This document shows, in pieces, positions 49,302 to 59,632 of a DNA stretch of 64,000 bases. Source of the DNA: Thermodesulfovibrionales bacterium (GTDB lineage Bacteria; Nitrospirota; Thermodesulfovibrionia; Thermodesulfovibrionales; SM23-35); NCBI GenBank assembly GCA_963715195.1, contig CAVQRT010000002.1, positions 96,001 through 160,000 of the forward strand, written 5' to 3'. The notes beneath the pieces were generated by a model, which worked only from the letters and a program-made list of their open reading frames with translations, was not told where the DNA came from and searched no databases. The first letter of the stretch is position 1; every line of letters begins with the position of its first letter. The translations under genes were made by a program, and so were the position numbers.

Positions 49302-49422
49302 CTCAATGTATCTTATATCATCGTGTAACAATAGACAAAAAGCAAAAAAAGAGCTGTCGATCTGCAAACCGAGTTGGGGGGGAGGGGCCTCCGGGGGAGG
49401 AGACCCCTCGTGGGAGGGAAAC

Positions 49423-50586
49423 TTAAAGCTCCTTCTGGAGCTGGGGTGACTTTCTCAGAAATGCCGGCACATCAATATGCTCTTCATAGGCCATAATATC
49501 CGTTGTTATCAGGTCAGTACTTAAACTCTGGGCAATATTTTTCGAGAGAACCCGCTCTGAACCTTTCAGATGCACAGGATGCTTGAGAGGTGTCCACTTT
49601 TTAACCTGCGGAAGTTCAACTTTCTCTTTCCGGTCGGTGAATCCGGTCGCAATGACGGTCACCCTCACCTCATCGCTGATATCAGGATCTATCACTGCGC
49701 CGATAATAACATGTACATCTTCATGAGCAGAGTCGTATATGAATGAAACGGCTTCCTTAAGACCGTCAAGCGAAAGTTCAAGCCCTCCGGTAATATTCAC
49801 GAGAATACCCTTGGCGCCTTCAATAGATGAATCTTCAAGGAGGGGGTTTGTTACCGCCTTTCTTGCTGCTTCAAGAGCGCCTCCCTCTCCCTTTCCGAAC
49901 CCGCAGCCCATTACCCCTCTGCCTTTATCCTGGATGATCGTCTTGACATCGGCAAAGTCAACGTTGATAAGCCCGGGGATAATGATGATGTCGGATATTC
50001 CCTGAACCGCCTGTTTTAAAACATCATTTGCTATTGCGAAGGACTTAAGAAGGGGTGTCCCTTTCTCAACAACGAGACCTATCTTGTCATTGGGGATAAC
50101 GATAAGCGTATCAACATTATCCCTCAGCTCTCTCATTCCCTCTTCTGCATTTGCATTCCGAATCTTCCCTTCATAAAAAAACGGCTTTGTGATAACTGCG
50201 ATGGTAATAGCTCCAAGCTCTTTGGCGATACCCGCAATCACAGGACTTGCACCGGTTCCCGTGCCGCCGCCCATACCTGCGGTTATGAAAACCATGTCAG
50301 CCCCTTCCAGATATTCAGCAATCAGGGTTGCATCTTCCTGGGCGGCCGCTCTCCCAATCTGGGGATCGGAACCGGCGCCGAGTCCCCTCGTGAGATTCGA
50401 TCCGATCTGAATCTTTGACGGTGCAAGAGAAGTCTCGAGTGCCTGCATATCCGTGTTCACCGCGATAAATTCAACCCCGTGCAGATTCGAAGCGATCATC
50501 GTGTTCAGGGCATTTCCTCCGGCTCCTCCAACACCAACAACCTTAATTTTGGCTGTCTGTCCCCGCACCTCTTCAATTTCGAACAT
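49423..50586 (-). CDS. ftsZ: Cell division protein FtsZ
   Basis: [16 protein letters not shown]-terminal DVPAFLRK. Confidence 0.98.
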   Translation of the reverse strand: MFEIEEVRGQTAKIKVVGVGGAGGNALNTMIASNLHGVEFIAVNTDMQALETSLAPSKIQIGSNLTRGLGAGSDPQIGRAAAQEDATLIAEYLEGADMVFITAGMGGGTGTGASPVIAGIAKELGAITIAVITKPFFYEGKIRNANAEEGMRELRDNVDTLIVIPNDKIGLVVEKGTPLLKSFAIANDVLKQAVQGISDIIIIPGLINVDFADVKTIIQDKGRGVMGCGFGKGEGGALEAARKAVTNPLLEDSSIEGAKGILVNITGGLELSLDGLKEAVSFIYDSAHEDVHVIIGAVIDPDISDEVRVTVIATGFTDRKEKVELPQVKKWTPLKHPVHLKGSERVLSKNIAQSLSTDLITTDIMAYEEHIDVPAFLRKSPQLQKEL

Positions 50587-51829
50587 ACTCTATCCCTCCT
50601 TTTTTTAGTCTGAATATCTCTTTTGCCCAATCCTTGACCTTTCCGAATATTCCTGTAACAGCGTCCCGGGAACACGCCCTGTCCGACAGGGCCTCAAAGC
50701 CGAAGAGAACAAGACCTGCTCCCGTCGAACAACCCGGATTGTTTGCCATATCCTCAACGCCGTGGATGTTTAGGGGGCTTCCTATCCTGACAGGCAGGCC
50801 CCAGGCAGCCTCCGCCACCCGGCCAAGACCTTTGAGCAGAGCCCCGCCTCCTGTCAGCACCAAACCGGCAGAAGCGATATCATAACCGGAGCATGAAAGG
50901 AGTTCTGCCCGAATCAAATCAAGAAATTCGTCCGTCCTTGCCCGGAGTATCTCAGCCAAATTCTTCTGCAAAATCTTTTTTTTCTGTTCGCCGCAAACAA
51001 TCTCAATCGAATTTGAGTCTTCGACAGTAAGGATTTCTGCCGACCCGAAATGTTGTTTGATGCGTTCGGCCTCGTTTACCGGGATTTTCAGGCCGACAGC
51101 AACATCATTGGTGAAGTGATTTCCTCCGACAGCGAGAACCGATGCATGCACCGGATATCCGTCCTTGTAGAAAATAATGTCCGTCGTACCGCCGCCGATA
51201 TCAATGAGAGCAACTCCCATCTCCCGTTCATCCCCGCTAAGTATGGCGTCTGCAGATGCAACAGGGGCAAAGACTACATCTGCAACCTCAACCCCCGCCT
51301 TCTCGCAGCATCTCAGAAGATTCTGTATTGGGGTGGCAGCCCCGGTCACGGTATAGACCTTTGTCTCAAGCCTTTCCCCTCGCATGCCATGGGGATTCCT
51401 GATTCCGTTCTGTCCGTCAATGGCATACCCTGCCGGGATGACGTGCAGAATCTCCCTGTCGAGCGGAACATACACAGCTTTTGCAGCTTCGAGCACACGA
51501 TCAATATTAGCGTCCGTTATATCCCTGCCCCCGATACCGACAGCACCGACATTATGAAAACTTTTCATATGGGCTCCAGAGATACTGACGTATACTGAAT
51601 TGATTTCTATGCCAAAAGCGGACTCCGTTTCCTTCAGAGCATTCTTGAGCGAACGGACCATCTCCTCCATGCCGACAATAATTCCTTTTCTCATACCGGA
51701 CGAGGGAGAGAGATGCATGCCGCGAAATGCCAAAGTGCCGTTGACAATTTCACCGACAACAGTGCAGATCTTCGTTGTACCGGCATCGAGGCCGACAAGT
51801 ATATGATCAGGGTGGCTCCGTCGAATCAT
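50573..51829 (-). CDS. ftsA: Cell division protein FtsA
   Basis: GLDAGTTKI, DIGGGTT, LTGGGA. Confidence 0.96.
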   Translation of the reverse strand: MIRRSHPDHILVGLDAGTTKICTVVGEIVNGTLAFRGMHLSPSSGMRKGIIVGMEEMVRSLKNALKETESAFGIEINSVYVSISGAHMKSFHNVGAVGIGGRDITDANIDRVLEAAKAVYVPLDREILHVIPAGYAIDGQNGIRNPHGMRGERLETKVYTVTGAATPIQNLLRCCEKAGVEVADVVFAPVASADAILSGDEREMGVALIDIGGGTTDIIFYKDGYPVHASVLAVGGNHFTNDVAVGLKIPVNEAERIKQHFGSAEILTVEDSNSIEIVCGEQKKKILQKNLAEILRARTDEFLDLIRAELLSCSGYDIASAGLVLTGGGALLKGLGRVAEAAWGLPVRIGSPLNIHGVEDMANNPGCSTGAGLVLFGFEALSDRACSRDAVTGIFGKVKDWAKEIFRLKKGGIEYVRN

Positions 51830-52590
51830 TCCATAACCTTTTTTGCAGTGATCGGTTTTACGATTGCTTTATCGTCAAACCGCAAATCTATACAATCAAC
51901 AGGGATATTTCTTTCCCTGAGATCTTTCTCCAGTTGCAGAAACCGTTCGAGCTTTTCGTCATAACCTCCTGCCCCTATTTTGACAACGGTTTCATCCATT
52001 TCTATTGATAATTCTTGCGGTTTATGAGCAATAACCTCGATATGATCTTTTCCCAGGATCAAACCCTTATCGTTCAAGACCCGCACAAGGAAGAGCGCCT
52101 CGGAAAATCCCTCCCGTTCCTTGTAGGGATCACTGACAATAATCGGGAGAAAAGGCACTGCATCGTCCTTGAGTTCTTCGAGGAATTTTCCTTTTTCATC
52201 AATGATGAAAAGATGTTCATGAATATCGAGCAGGGCAAACGGTTCAGTCTCCTGAATCGTTATCGCAAGCGTTCCCGGGAATTCCTTTCGTACGCTCGCA
52301 GACCTGATCCACGGGGACTCAAGCAAGCGTCTGCTGATCTCCCTGCACGAAACTGTCAGTAGGCTTTTTCTCATCCCGGCTTTGGCAATTTCCCCCAGTT
52401 CTTCGTCCGTCAGACGTTTATTATCGATAAAAACGATTTCTTCCACAGGATACAGGGGTTTCATAGCAAAGACACGATGATAAGTGTAAATGCAGAGGGC
52501 ACTGATAACAATACCGATAAGAAGAACGATATTCCTCTTCCTGAAAAAAAACATGCCTGGCGTCCTTTTTTTCAGTTTATTCGCTTTCAC
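51826..52590 (-). CDS. ftsQ: Cell division protein FtsQ/DivIB
   Basis: TM, POTRA ([13 protein letters not shown]), IDLRF. Confidence 0.9.
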   Translation of the reverse strand: MKANKLKKRTPGMFFFRKRNIVLLIGIVISALCIYTYHRVFAMKPLYPVEEIVFIDNKRLTDEELGEIAKAGMRKSLLTVSCREISRRLLESPWIRSASVRKEFPGTLAITIQETEPFALLDIHEHLFIIDEKGKFLEELKDDAVPFLPIIVSDPYKEREGFSEALFLVRVLNDKGLILGKDHIEVIAHKPQELSIEMDETVVKIGAGGYDEKLERFLQLEKDLRERNIPVDCIDLRFDDKAIVKPITAKKVME

Positions 52591-53503
52591 GGATTACACC
52601 TTTGAGTATCTCTTCAATCAAGTCCGGGAAATCATATCCGGCGAGACGCGCAATCTTGGGTAGCAGGCTTGTTTCTGTCATGCCAGGGATCGTATTGACC
52701 TCGAGCACGTAAGGATTCCCTTTTCCGTCGATACGGAGATCAACCCTGGCAGCTCCTTTACATCCGAGGGCCTGATGAGCCGAGAGGGCAGTCATGCCGG
52801 CACGTTCGTAAACTCCCCTGTCAATGTCCGGAGGGAGAATATATTCAGTCATTCCCGAGGTATACTTTGCCTCATAACTGTAGAATTCAAGAGACGGCCT
52901 TACCTCGACTCCGCCGATCACCTTTCCGTTCAGAACCCCTATATGAATCTCTTTGCCGTCAATATATTGTTCGACAATGATTCTCGATCCGTAGGCATAC
53001 GCATTCTCTGCGGCTTTTCTGAAATCGTGTTCCTGCTTTACGATGCTCACCCCGATGCTCGATCCCTCCGATGCCGGCTTTACAACCCACGGTAGGTCAA
53101 AATTAATAGCCGGCGCATCTGTCACAGACTGCCGTGGCCGGGCAAGAACGAGATAGGGCGGGACAGGGATATCATGATAGCGGAACACCTTCTTTGATGC
53201 CTCCTTGTCCATTGCGACTGCCGAAGCAAGAACCCCGGACCCGGTATAGGGGATCCCCATGACCTCAAGCATTCCCTGGATTGAACCATTTTCCCCATAC
53301 CCTCCATGTAGCGCAAGGAACGCGATCTGTACTCCCTCCGCAGTTAATGCCGCACAGATATCCTGACTGGCATCGATAACGATAACGTTATAGCCTAGAT
53401 CTTTTAGGGCCCGGTAAATTGCCTGTCCACTCCGCAGAGATATTTCTCTCTCTGCAGACGTTCCACCCATCAGGACTCCGATTCTCTTATCAGTGAGCAT
53501 CAT
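52577..53503 (-). CDS. ddl: D-alanine-D-alanine ligase
   Basis: [29 protein letters not shown]. Confidence 0.96.
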   Translation of the reverse strand: MMLTDKRIGVLMGGTSAEREISLRSGQAIYRALKDLGYNVIVIDASQDICAALTAEGVQIAFLALHGGYGENGSIQGMLEVMGIPYTGSGVLASAVAMDKEASKKVFRYHDIPVPPYLVLARPRQSVTDAPAINFDLPWVVKPASEGSSIGVSIVKQEHDFRKAAENAYAYGSRIIVEQYIDGKEIHIGVLNGKVIGGVEVRPSLEFYSYEAKYTSGMTEYILPPDIDRGVYERAGMTALSAHQALGCKGAARVDLRIDGKGNPYVLEVNTIPGMTETSLLPKIARLAGYDFPDLIEEILKGVIRESE

Positions 53504-54422
53504 TTCTCCCTATGATCCTGATTTCCGGTTCAAGGGTGATTCCGAATGCGGTGGCTACCCTTGCGCCAACTTCATGCATAAGCCTGATGAAATCAGCGGC
53601 AGAGGCATTTCCTGCGTTAATAAAGAAATTTGCGTGGAGGGTACTCACGAGGACATCACCAACCCTCATCCCCTTGCACCCCGCCTCATCAATGAGTTTC
53701 CCCGCGGAAAGCCCTTCGGGATTCTTAAATACGCACCCGGCCGAAGATTCCCATATAGGCTGCCTTTCACGCTTGACCTTCAGAAAATGCTCGACTCGTG
53801 CCGATACTCCTTCTTTCCTGTCCTTCCCGAGTTTTACCTCTGCGCTGAGGAGTAAATCAGTCGGTAAAATATCCGATTTCCTGTATCCGAATGAAATATC
53901 TTCCGCCCGAACCTTTTCTATGTTCCCTCCTGGACGCATCATATCGACCGAGGCAAGAACACCCCTCATCTCATAGCCAAATGAGCCTGCATTCCCGCAG
54001 ATTGCTCCACCAACAGTTCCCGGAATCCCGGCAAGTCCTTCAATCCCAGAATACCCCTTCTCTCTGGCGTGCATCACAAGCCGCTGGAGCAGCGTCCCAG
54101 CTCCGACGGACAGATAGGCATATTGTTTATCCTCCGCTACCGGCTCAATTTTCCTGAATGCGCTAAAGCATATGACAGCTCCCGGGATACCCGCATCTTT
54201 TACCAGAATGTTCGTTCCGGCTCCGAGCGGGAATAAACCGGTATCATTTCTCTTCAGATAATCGAGCAGCCGTCCGAGTGACGGAACATTTTCCGGCACG
54301 GCAAAAATATCCGACGGTCCGCCTATCTTCAGGTAGGTATGTCTGCTCATCGGTTCCATGAGTTTTATCTCACCTTCAAACAGAATAGCGGCAGTGATAT
54401 CCTTTAACTGCTCACCGGTCAT
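53490..54422 (-). CDS. murB: UDP-N-acetylmuramate dehydrogenase
   Basis: [29 protein letters not shown]. Confidence 0.96.
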   Translation of the reverse strand: MTGEQLKDITAAILFEGEIKLMEPMSRHTYLKIGGPSDIFAVPENVPSLGRLLDYLKRNDTGLFPLGAGTNILVKDAGIPGAVICFSAFRKIEPVAEDKQYAYLSVGAGTLLQRLVMHAREKGYSGIEGLAGIPGTVGGAICGNAGSFGYEMRGVLASVDMMRPGGNIEKVRAEDISFGYRKSDILPTDLLLSAEVKLGKDRKEGVSARVEHFLKVKRERQPIWESSAGCVFKNPEGLSAGKLIDEAGCKGMRVGDVLVSTLHANFFINAGNASAADFIRLMHEVGARVATAFGITLEPEIRIIGRNDAH

Positions 54423-55825
54423 GCGAACTCCGCCTTGTTCGCCTGCAGTTTGTTCAGGATCTTTTCGCCGGCCTTCCAGACATCCCCCGCCCCGAGCGTG
54501 AGGACCACATCTCCTTTTCTGATCTCTTTCATAATGTGATCGGCCGCTTTTCCTCTATCTTCCATGTACATGACATTACGACATCCTGCCTCCCTGATCT
54601 TCTCGGTCAGCAGTGATGAGTGCACACCTTCAATCGGCTGCTCCCCAGCCGGATAAATATCAAGTACGATGAGACGGTCTGCATCTGCAAAAGAATGGGA
54701 AAATTCAGTAATCAGATCTCTTGTTCTGGTATAACGGTGAGGTTGAAAGAGAACAAATAACCTGCCGGCCCACTGACCGCCTGCCTCATGCCCTTCCTTT
54801 ATGGCCTTCAGGGTCGCCCGGACTTCAGCCGGATGATGCCCATAGTCATCAAAGACCCGTATTCCCTCAGCCTCACCCTTCAATTCCAGCCTCCTCTGGA
54901 TGCCGCTGAACCCCTTCAGCGCCTCCTGTATCACCGCACAATCCATCTTGAGAATCAAGGCTACCCCGATCGCAGCAAGGCTGTTTAGAACATTATGGAT
55001 ACCCGGGACCGGGATTTCAAAAGCACCCAACACCTTGCCCCTGTAAACAGCTTCGAAATTCGTGGACATGTATCCTTTCCCGACGTGATCTGCATAGAGT
55101 TGCGCTTCAGGCGAAAGACCATATGTTATATAACGCCGGAGAACAGACGGCAAAAGATCCCGGATATGTTCATTTTCAATACAGACTACTGATGCGCCGT
55201 AAAAAGGTACTTTATTGATGAATGAAAGAAAAGCTTCCTTCAGGATATCTATTGTCTTAAAGAAATCCATATGCTCCCTGTCGATATTCGTTACAACGGC
55301 AATAGTCGGAGAAAGTTTCAGGAATGAACCATCGCTTTCATCCGCTTCCGCAACGAGAAAATCCCCTTGGCCGAGCCGCGAATTGCTCCCCGTTGCCTTT
55401 AATCTCCCGCCAATCACAACCGTGGGATCAAATCCCCCTTGGGCAAGGATTGTCGCGAGAAGGGAGGTAGTTGTAGTCTTTCCGTGAGCTCCTGCGACGA
55501 GAACTCCATACTTGAGTCTCGCAAGTTCAGCGAGCATTTCCGCGCGTGGAATCACCGGAATGGCCTTTGCCCGTGCTTCAGTCACCTCCGGGTTATCCGC
55601 TGACACCGCAGAGGAAACAACCACAACATGCGCATCATCCACATTTTCTGCTTCATGACCGATAAAAACTGGGATGCCCGCATCCCTCAATCGTGCTGTC
55701 GTCTCTGAATGCCTGATATCGGAGCCGGTGACCTTATATCCGAGATTATGGAGAACCTCTGCAATTCCCGACATGCCGATGCCGCCGATGCCGACGAAAT
55801 GTATAATCCGGAATCTCTCAAACAT
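54419..55825 (-). CDS. murC: UDP-N-acetylmuramate-L-alanine ligase
   Basis: HFVGIGGIGMSG, GAHGKTTT, EADESDGSF, DDYGHHP. Confidence 0.97.
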   Translation of the reverse strand: MFERFRIIHFVGIGGIGMSGIAEVLHNLGYKVTGSDIRHSETTARLRDAGIPVFIGHEAENVDDAHVVVVSSAVSADNPEVTEARAKAIPVIPRAEMLAELARLKYGVLVAGAHGKTTTTSLLATILAQGGFDPTVVIGGRLKATGSNSRLGQGDFLVAEADESDGSFLKLSPTIAVVTNIDREHMDFFKTIDILKEAFLSFINKVPFYGASVVCIENEHIRDLLPSVLRRYITYGLSPEAQLYADHVGKGYMSTNFEAVYRGKVLGAFEIPVPGIHNVLNSLAAIGVALILKMDCAVIQEALKGFSGIQRRLELKGEAEGIRVFDDYGHHPAEVRATLKAIKEGHEAGGQWAGRLFVLFQPHRYTRTRDLITEFSHSFADADRLIVLDIYPAGEQPIEGVHSSLLTEKIREAGCRNVMYMEDRGKAADHIMKEIRKGDVVLTLGAGDVWKAGEKILNKLQANKAEFA

Positions 55826-55841
55826 TATCCACTCCTCTGTT

Positions 55842-56966
55842 TCACGCAGCAGACCTCGCACCCGACACGGATGAATTCTTCATCAGGCTCATTGCGATAT
55901 CGACAACCTTCATGCACGCATCCGGCCGTCCCACAGACCTGCTCGCTTTCTGCATCTGCTCTCTCTTCGTTTCATCCGTGAACAGTTCCCGTATGCTCCT
56001 TGCAAGGGTCTCCCCGCTGAGCTCGCGGTCAGGGATCATCGTTGCCGCACCAATCTCCTGAAGTTTCAGTGCATTTAATTCCTGGTGATTGGCGGCCGCA
56101 AAGGGATAGGGGATGAGAATGGAAGGTTTGCCGAGGGCGGTCAATTCAGCAAGTGTTGTAGCTCCGGCTCGTGAGATCACCAGATCGGCAACAGCATATG
56201 CCTCCCCCATCTGGTAAATAAAAGGAGCGATCGTGCCTCGAAACCCTTTCTCCTGATATGCATTCCTGATAGGTTCATACTCTTTCTGTCCGGTCTGATG
56301 GAGGAATTGAATCTTGTCCCTGAGATCAAGAAGATACTGAAGGGAGTCCACAAGGGCTTTGTTCATGCTTCTTGCCCCGGTACTTCCACCAAAGGCAAAT
56401 ACCGTAAAGAGACCCCGTTCAAGAGAAAAAATGCGGTATCCTGCTTCAGCACTCCCTCTGAAAACCTTCAGCCTTACAGGATTTCCGGTCAGGAAGGTCT
56501 TTTCCTTCGGGAAAAAGGATATACTCTCCTGGTAGGTTACACACACGATATCGACAAATTTTCCGAGAATTCTGTTCGTGAGACCGGGAACGGAATTCTG
56601 CTCAAGAATCATTGTCGGCACTGACATCAGGTATGCAATGAGCATGACCGCACCCGATGCGTAGCCCCCCACACCGATCACGATATTTGGTTTGACTGTC
56701 TTCATAATCCTGTGCGAATCAATCATAGAAATGCCTGCTTTCACAGCCGCCTTGATCTTTCGAATAAAAGACCTTCCAACCATACCTTCTGCCCGCACAT
56801 ATCTGATTGGATAACCCTCTTTGGGTACAATCTTCGCTTCTATACCTGATTCCGTCCCGACAAATATCACTTCTGTTGCAGCTTCCCTGCTTTTGAACTC
56901 CTCCGCCACTGCAAGTCCGGGGAAGAGATGGCCTCCCGTTCCTCCGCCTGCAATCATCACCCTCAT
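55842..56966 (-). CDS. murG: Lipid II GlcNAc transferase
   Basis: AGGGTGGH, GNPVR, GGSTGA, SRAGATT. Confidence 0.97.
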   Translation of the reverse strand: MRVMIAGGGTGGHLFPGLAVAEEFKSREAATEVIFVGTESGIEAKIVPKEGYPIRYVRAEGMVGRSFIRKIKAAVKAGISMIDSHRIMKTVKPNIVIGVGGYASGAVMLIAYLMSVPTMILEQNSVPGLTNRILGKFVDIVCVTYQESISFFPKEKTFLTGNPVRLKVFRGSAEAGYRIFSLERGLFTVFAFGGSTGARSMNKALVDSLQYLLDLRDKIQFLHQTGQKEYEPIRNAYQEKGFRGTIAPFIYQMGEAYAVADLVISRAGATTLAELTALGKPSILIPYPFAAANHQELNALKLQEIGAATMIPDRELSGETLARSIRELFTDETKREQMQKASRSVGRPDACMKVVDIAMSLMKNSSVSGARSAA

Positions 56967-57011
56967 GAACCCTACGTTCCCCTGGTTTGTTCATTCGTTG
57001 CCGACCGCAGA

Positions 57012-58190
57012 TTATAAACCTGGCACTGAATATCTTCTGTATACATTTCGCCTCGCTTTTTTTCTGATCAGTATTTCACGGCTCTTGTCCGCCGGCGATA
57101 GGTCCTCACCCTTCGATATGGTCAGCAGCATCCCAACAGCAGCCATGTTGACCAGCAGGGATGAACCACCATAACTAATAAACGGAAGCGGCAATCCCTT
57201 TGTCGGTACAAGCCCGATGGCTACCGAAAAATTGATGAGCGCCTGCAGTGAAATCATGAGCGTGAGGCCTGTTGCAAGATAATAAACAAATGGTTCCTTG
57301 GAGCGGCTGGCAACAGCGATCCCCCTGACAAACAGCGTGAAAAAGAGAAGGACAATAGTTAATACACCAAGAAGCCCGAATTCTTCACCGATAATCGAAA
57401 AAATGAAATCGGTATGTGACTCCGGAAGATATGCCAATTTCTGCTTGGAACTCCCGATACCCACTCCGGTTATCCCGCCGCTTCCAAGGGCAATGAAGGA
57501 TTGAACGAGCTGAAAACCGCACCCCTGCGGTTCCTTCCATGGATCGAGAAAACAGGTTATCCTCTGGAGGCGGTAAGGCTTCAGGGCAAGCATAATGATC
57601 ACCGGGAGAGCAAAGACGCTGAGAGAGGCAAGGTACCTGAGACGCATACCGGAGATAAAGAGCATCGCAACCGTGAGAAATGCAAGGCTCATGGCCGCTC
57701 CGAAATCGGGTTGTTTGAGGATCACAAGCTGGAACAGAACCATAATGCCGATTGGCTTCAGAAAAGACGTGAAGCTGTCTGTCCTGTAACCGGGCTTTGA
57801 CAGATAGTGGGCAAGGAATATGACCATGGACAGTTTCACGAGCTCTGAGGGCTGAAACGTTGAAGGCCATAACCGTATCCACCGAGTCGCGCCTCCGGCA
57901 GTAACCCCGATGCCGGGAATGAAGACGAGGACTAACAGAATAAAGGAAATAATGAGGAGGTGCGTGGCGTATTTCTGTACAAAAGAGAGTCTCAGTTTAC
58001 AGGAGGCAATAAACAGGATTATGAAACCGAGAACAATAGTAAAAAGATGCCTTTTAAAATAATAGAATTCGGTAACGTTTTTCTTTGCAAGCACCGGAGT
58101 GATAACAGAGGTGGAACTGTAGATCATCAGTGCTCCGAAACATACCAGAGCAACTGTAGTGAGAAGTATCCACCGGTCGTATTTTTCCAT
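57012..58190 (-). CDS. ftsW: SEDS peptidoglycan polymerase FtsW
   Basis: FQPSELVK, QPDFG, LPESHTDF, PFISYGGSS. Confidence 0.96.
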   Translation of the reverse strand: MEKYDRWILLTTVALVCFGALMIYSSTSVITPVLAKKNVTEFYYFKRHLFTIVLGFIILFIASCKLRLSFVQKYATHLLIISFILLVLVFIPGIGVTAGGATRWIRLWPSTFQPSELVKLSMVIFLAHYLSKPGYRTDSFTSFLKPIGIMVLFQLVILKQPDFGAAMSLAFLTVAMLFISGMRLRYLASLSVFALPVIIMLALKPYRLQRITCFLDPWKEPQGCGFQLVQSFIALGSGGITGVGIGSSKQKLAYLPESHTDFIFSIIGEEFGLLGVLTIVLLFFTLFVRGIAVASRSKEPFVYYLATGLTLMISLQALINFSVAIGLVPTKGLPLPFISYGGSSLLVNMAAVGMLLTISKGEDLSPADKSREILIRKKARRNVYRRYSVPGL

Positions 58191-59632
58191 TACTGCAGCT
58201 CCATCACAATCTTTTTGAACTGCTGCCCCCTGTCTTCAAAATTGGCAAACATATCAAAACTGGCACATGCCGGAGAGAGCAGGACAACATCCCCATGACC
58301 TGCTTTCCTCCTGGATATCTCAACAGCATCTTTCAGATCCTCTGCCGTGACGGTATCGGTGGAATCCCCGAGGGCCTGTCTGATCTTTGCCTTTGATTCT
58401 CCTATCAATACAAGGGCCTTCACCCGTGTACGAACCAATTCCCTCAACTGGAGAAAATCACCCGACTTATCCCTTCCCCCGGCTATCAGGACTATGGGTT
58501 TTGCGAAACTTTCGATTGACTTGACGACTGCACCGATATTTGTCCCCTTTGAATCGTTAAAATACCGAACACCATCCAGTTCCCGGACAAATTCAAGCCT
58601 GTGCTCGAGGCCCGGGAATTCCCTCAGTGAATCCTGGACAGCTTCTACGGAACATCCTGCAAGGAGAGCCATGGCTGATGCAGCCATGGCATTCTCCAGG
58701 TTATGAACTCCTTGAATCCTTATCTCTTCGGCCGCAATAAGTTCACCGTTCAGGGCTCTGAGTTTCCCCTGCCGAAAATTGCAGAATACAACTCCATCCC
58801 GGGAATACAGACCGTCAACCGCTTCACGCCTGCTGAAAAAATGAATGTTCGGCATCGACGGCCTTTGCCCGGTCAATTGTTCAGCGTACAGATGCATTGT
58901 CAACGGGTCGTCATAATTCAGAATGAGAAAATTTTCTTCCCCCTGATTTTCAAATATTTTCGCCTTTGCGTACATGTATGCATCCATTGTGCGATACCGG
59001 TCAAGGTGGTCCGGGGTAATATTGATGATCGCAGCACCGCGGGGTCTGAAGGACCCGATAGTCTCGAGCTGAAAACTCGATATCTCGGCAACCACATAGT
59101 CGACAGTCTGCTGATGCGCGATTCCTCGAAGGATTTCACGGGTCAGTGCGTTCCCGATATTGCCCCCCAGTATTGTCTGAAACCCGCTCTTCCGCATTAT
59201 GCAATCGAGCAATGCTGTGGTTGTTGATTTCCCGTTTGTGCCCGTAACAGCAAGAAACCCGCCCCGACTATCCTTTATCAGCGGGGTGATAAGCGGGTCA
59301 GCCGATCCACGGGCAGCAAGCTGATATGCAAGTTCAAGTTCTCCAAGCACCGGGACCCCTGCCTCCCGGGCACGCAGAACCTGCGGTATATCAGAGTGAA
59401 CCCCCGGACTCAGTATCACCATATCAGCATGCACGAAAATTTCTTCGGGATGTGCGCCGAGGACAATTCTGACTGCAGGATTCAGATCCGGCATGAATTC
59501 TGCAAGCTCATCTGCGCTCTTCAGATCGGTTACCACAACCGCTGCTCCGAGTTCGGCAAGGAGATTTGCCGCGCCTGTTCCGCTCCGTGCCATACCGACA
59601 ACCGTCACCTGTTTACCCTTTATTGTTATCAA
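58190..59632 (-). CDS. murD: UDP-MurNAc-L-Ala-D-Glu ligase
   Basis: TGTNGKSTT, DHLDRY, NDSKGTN, LSPACASFD. Confidence 0.97.
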   Translation of the reverse strand: MITIKGKQVTVVGMARSGTGAANLLAELGAAVVVTDLKSADELAEFMPDLNPAVRIVLGAHPEEIFVHADMVILSPGVHSDIPQVLRAREAGVPVLGELELAYQLAARGSADPLITPLIKDSRGGFLAVTGTNGKSTTTALLDCIMRKSGFQTILGGNIGNALTREILRGIAHQQTVDYVVAEISSFQLETIGSFRPRGAAIINITPDHLDRYRTMDAYMYAKAKIFENQGEENFLILNYDDPLTMHLYAEQLTGQRPSMPNIHFFSRREAVDGLYSRDGVVFCNFRQGKLRALNGELIAAEEIRIQGVHNLENAMAASAMALLAGCSVEAVQDSLREFPGLEHRLEFVRELDGVRYFNDSKGTNIGAVVKSIESFAKPIVLIAGGRDKSGDFLQLRELVRTRVKALVLIGESKAKIRQALGDSTDTVTAEDLKDAVEISRRKAGHGDVVLLSPACASFDMFANFEDRGQQFKKIVMELQ

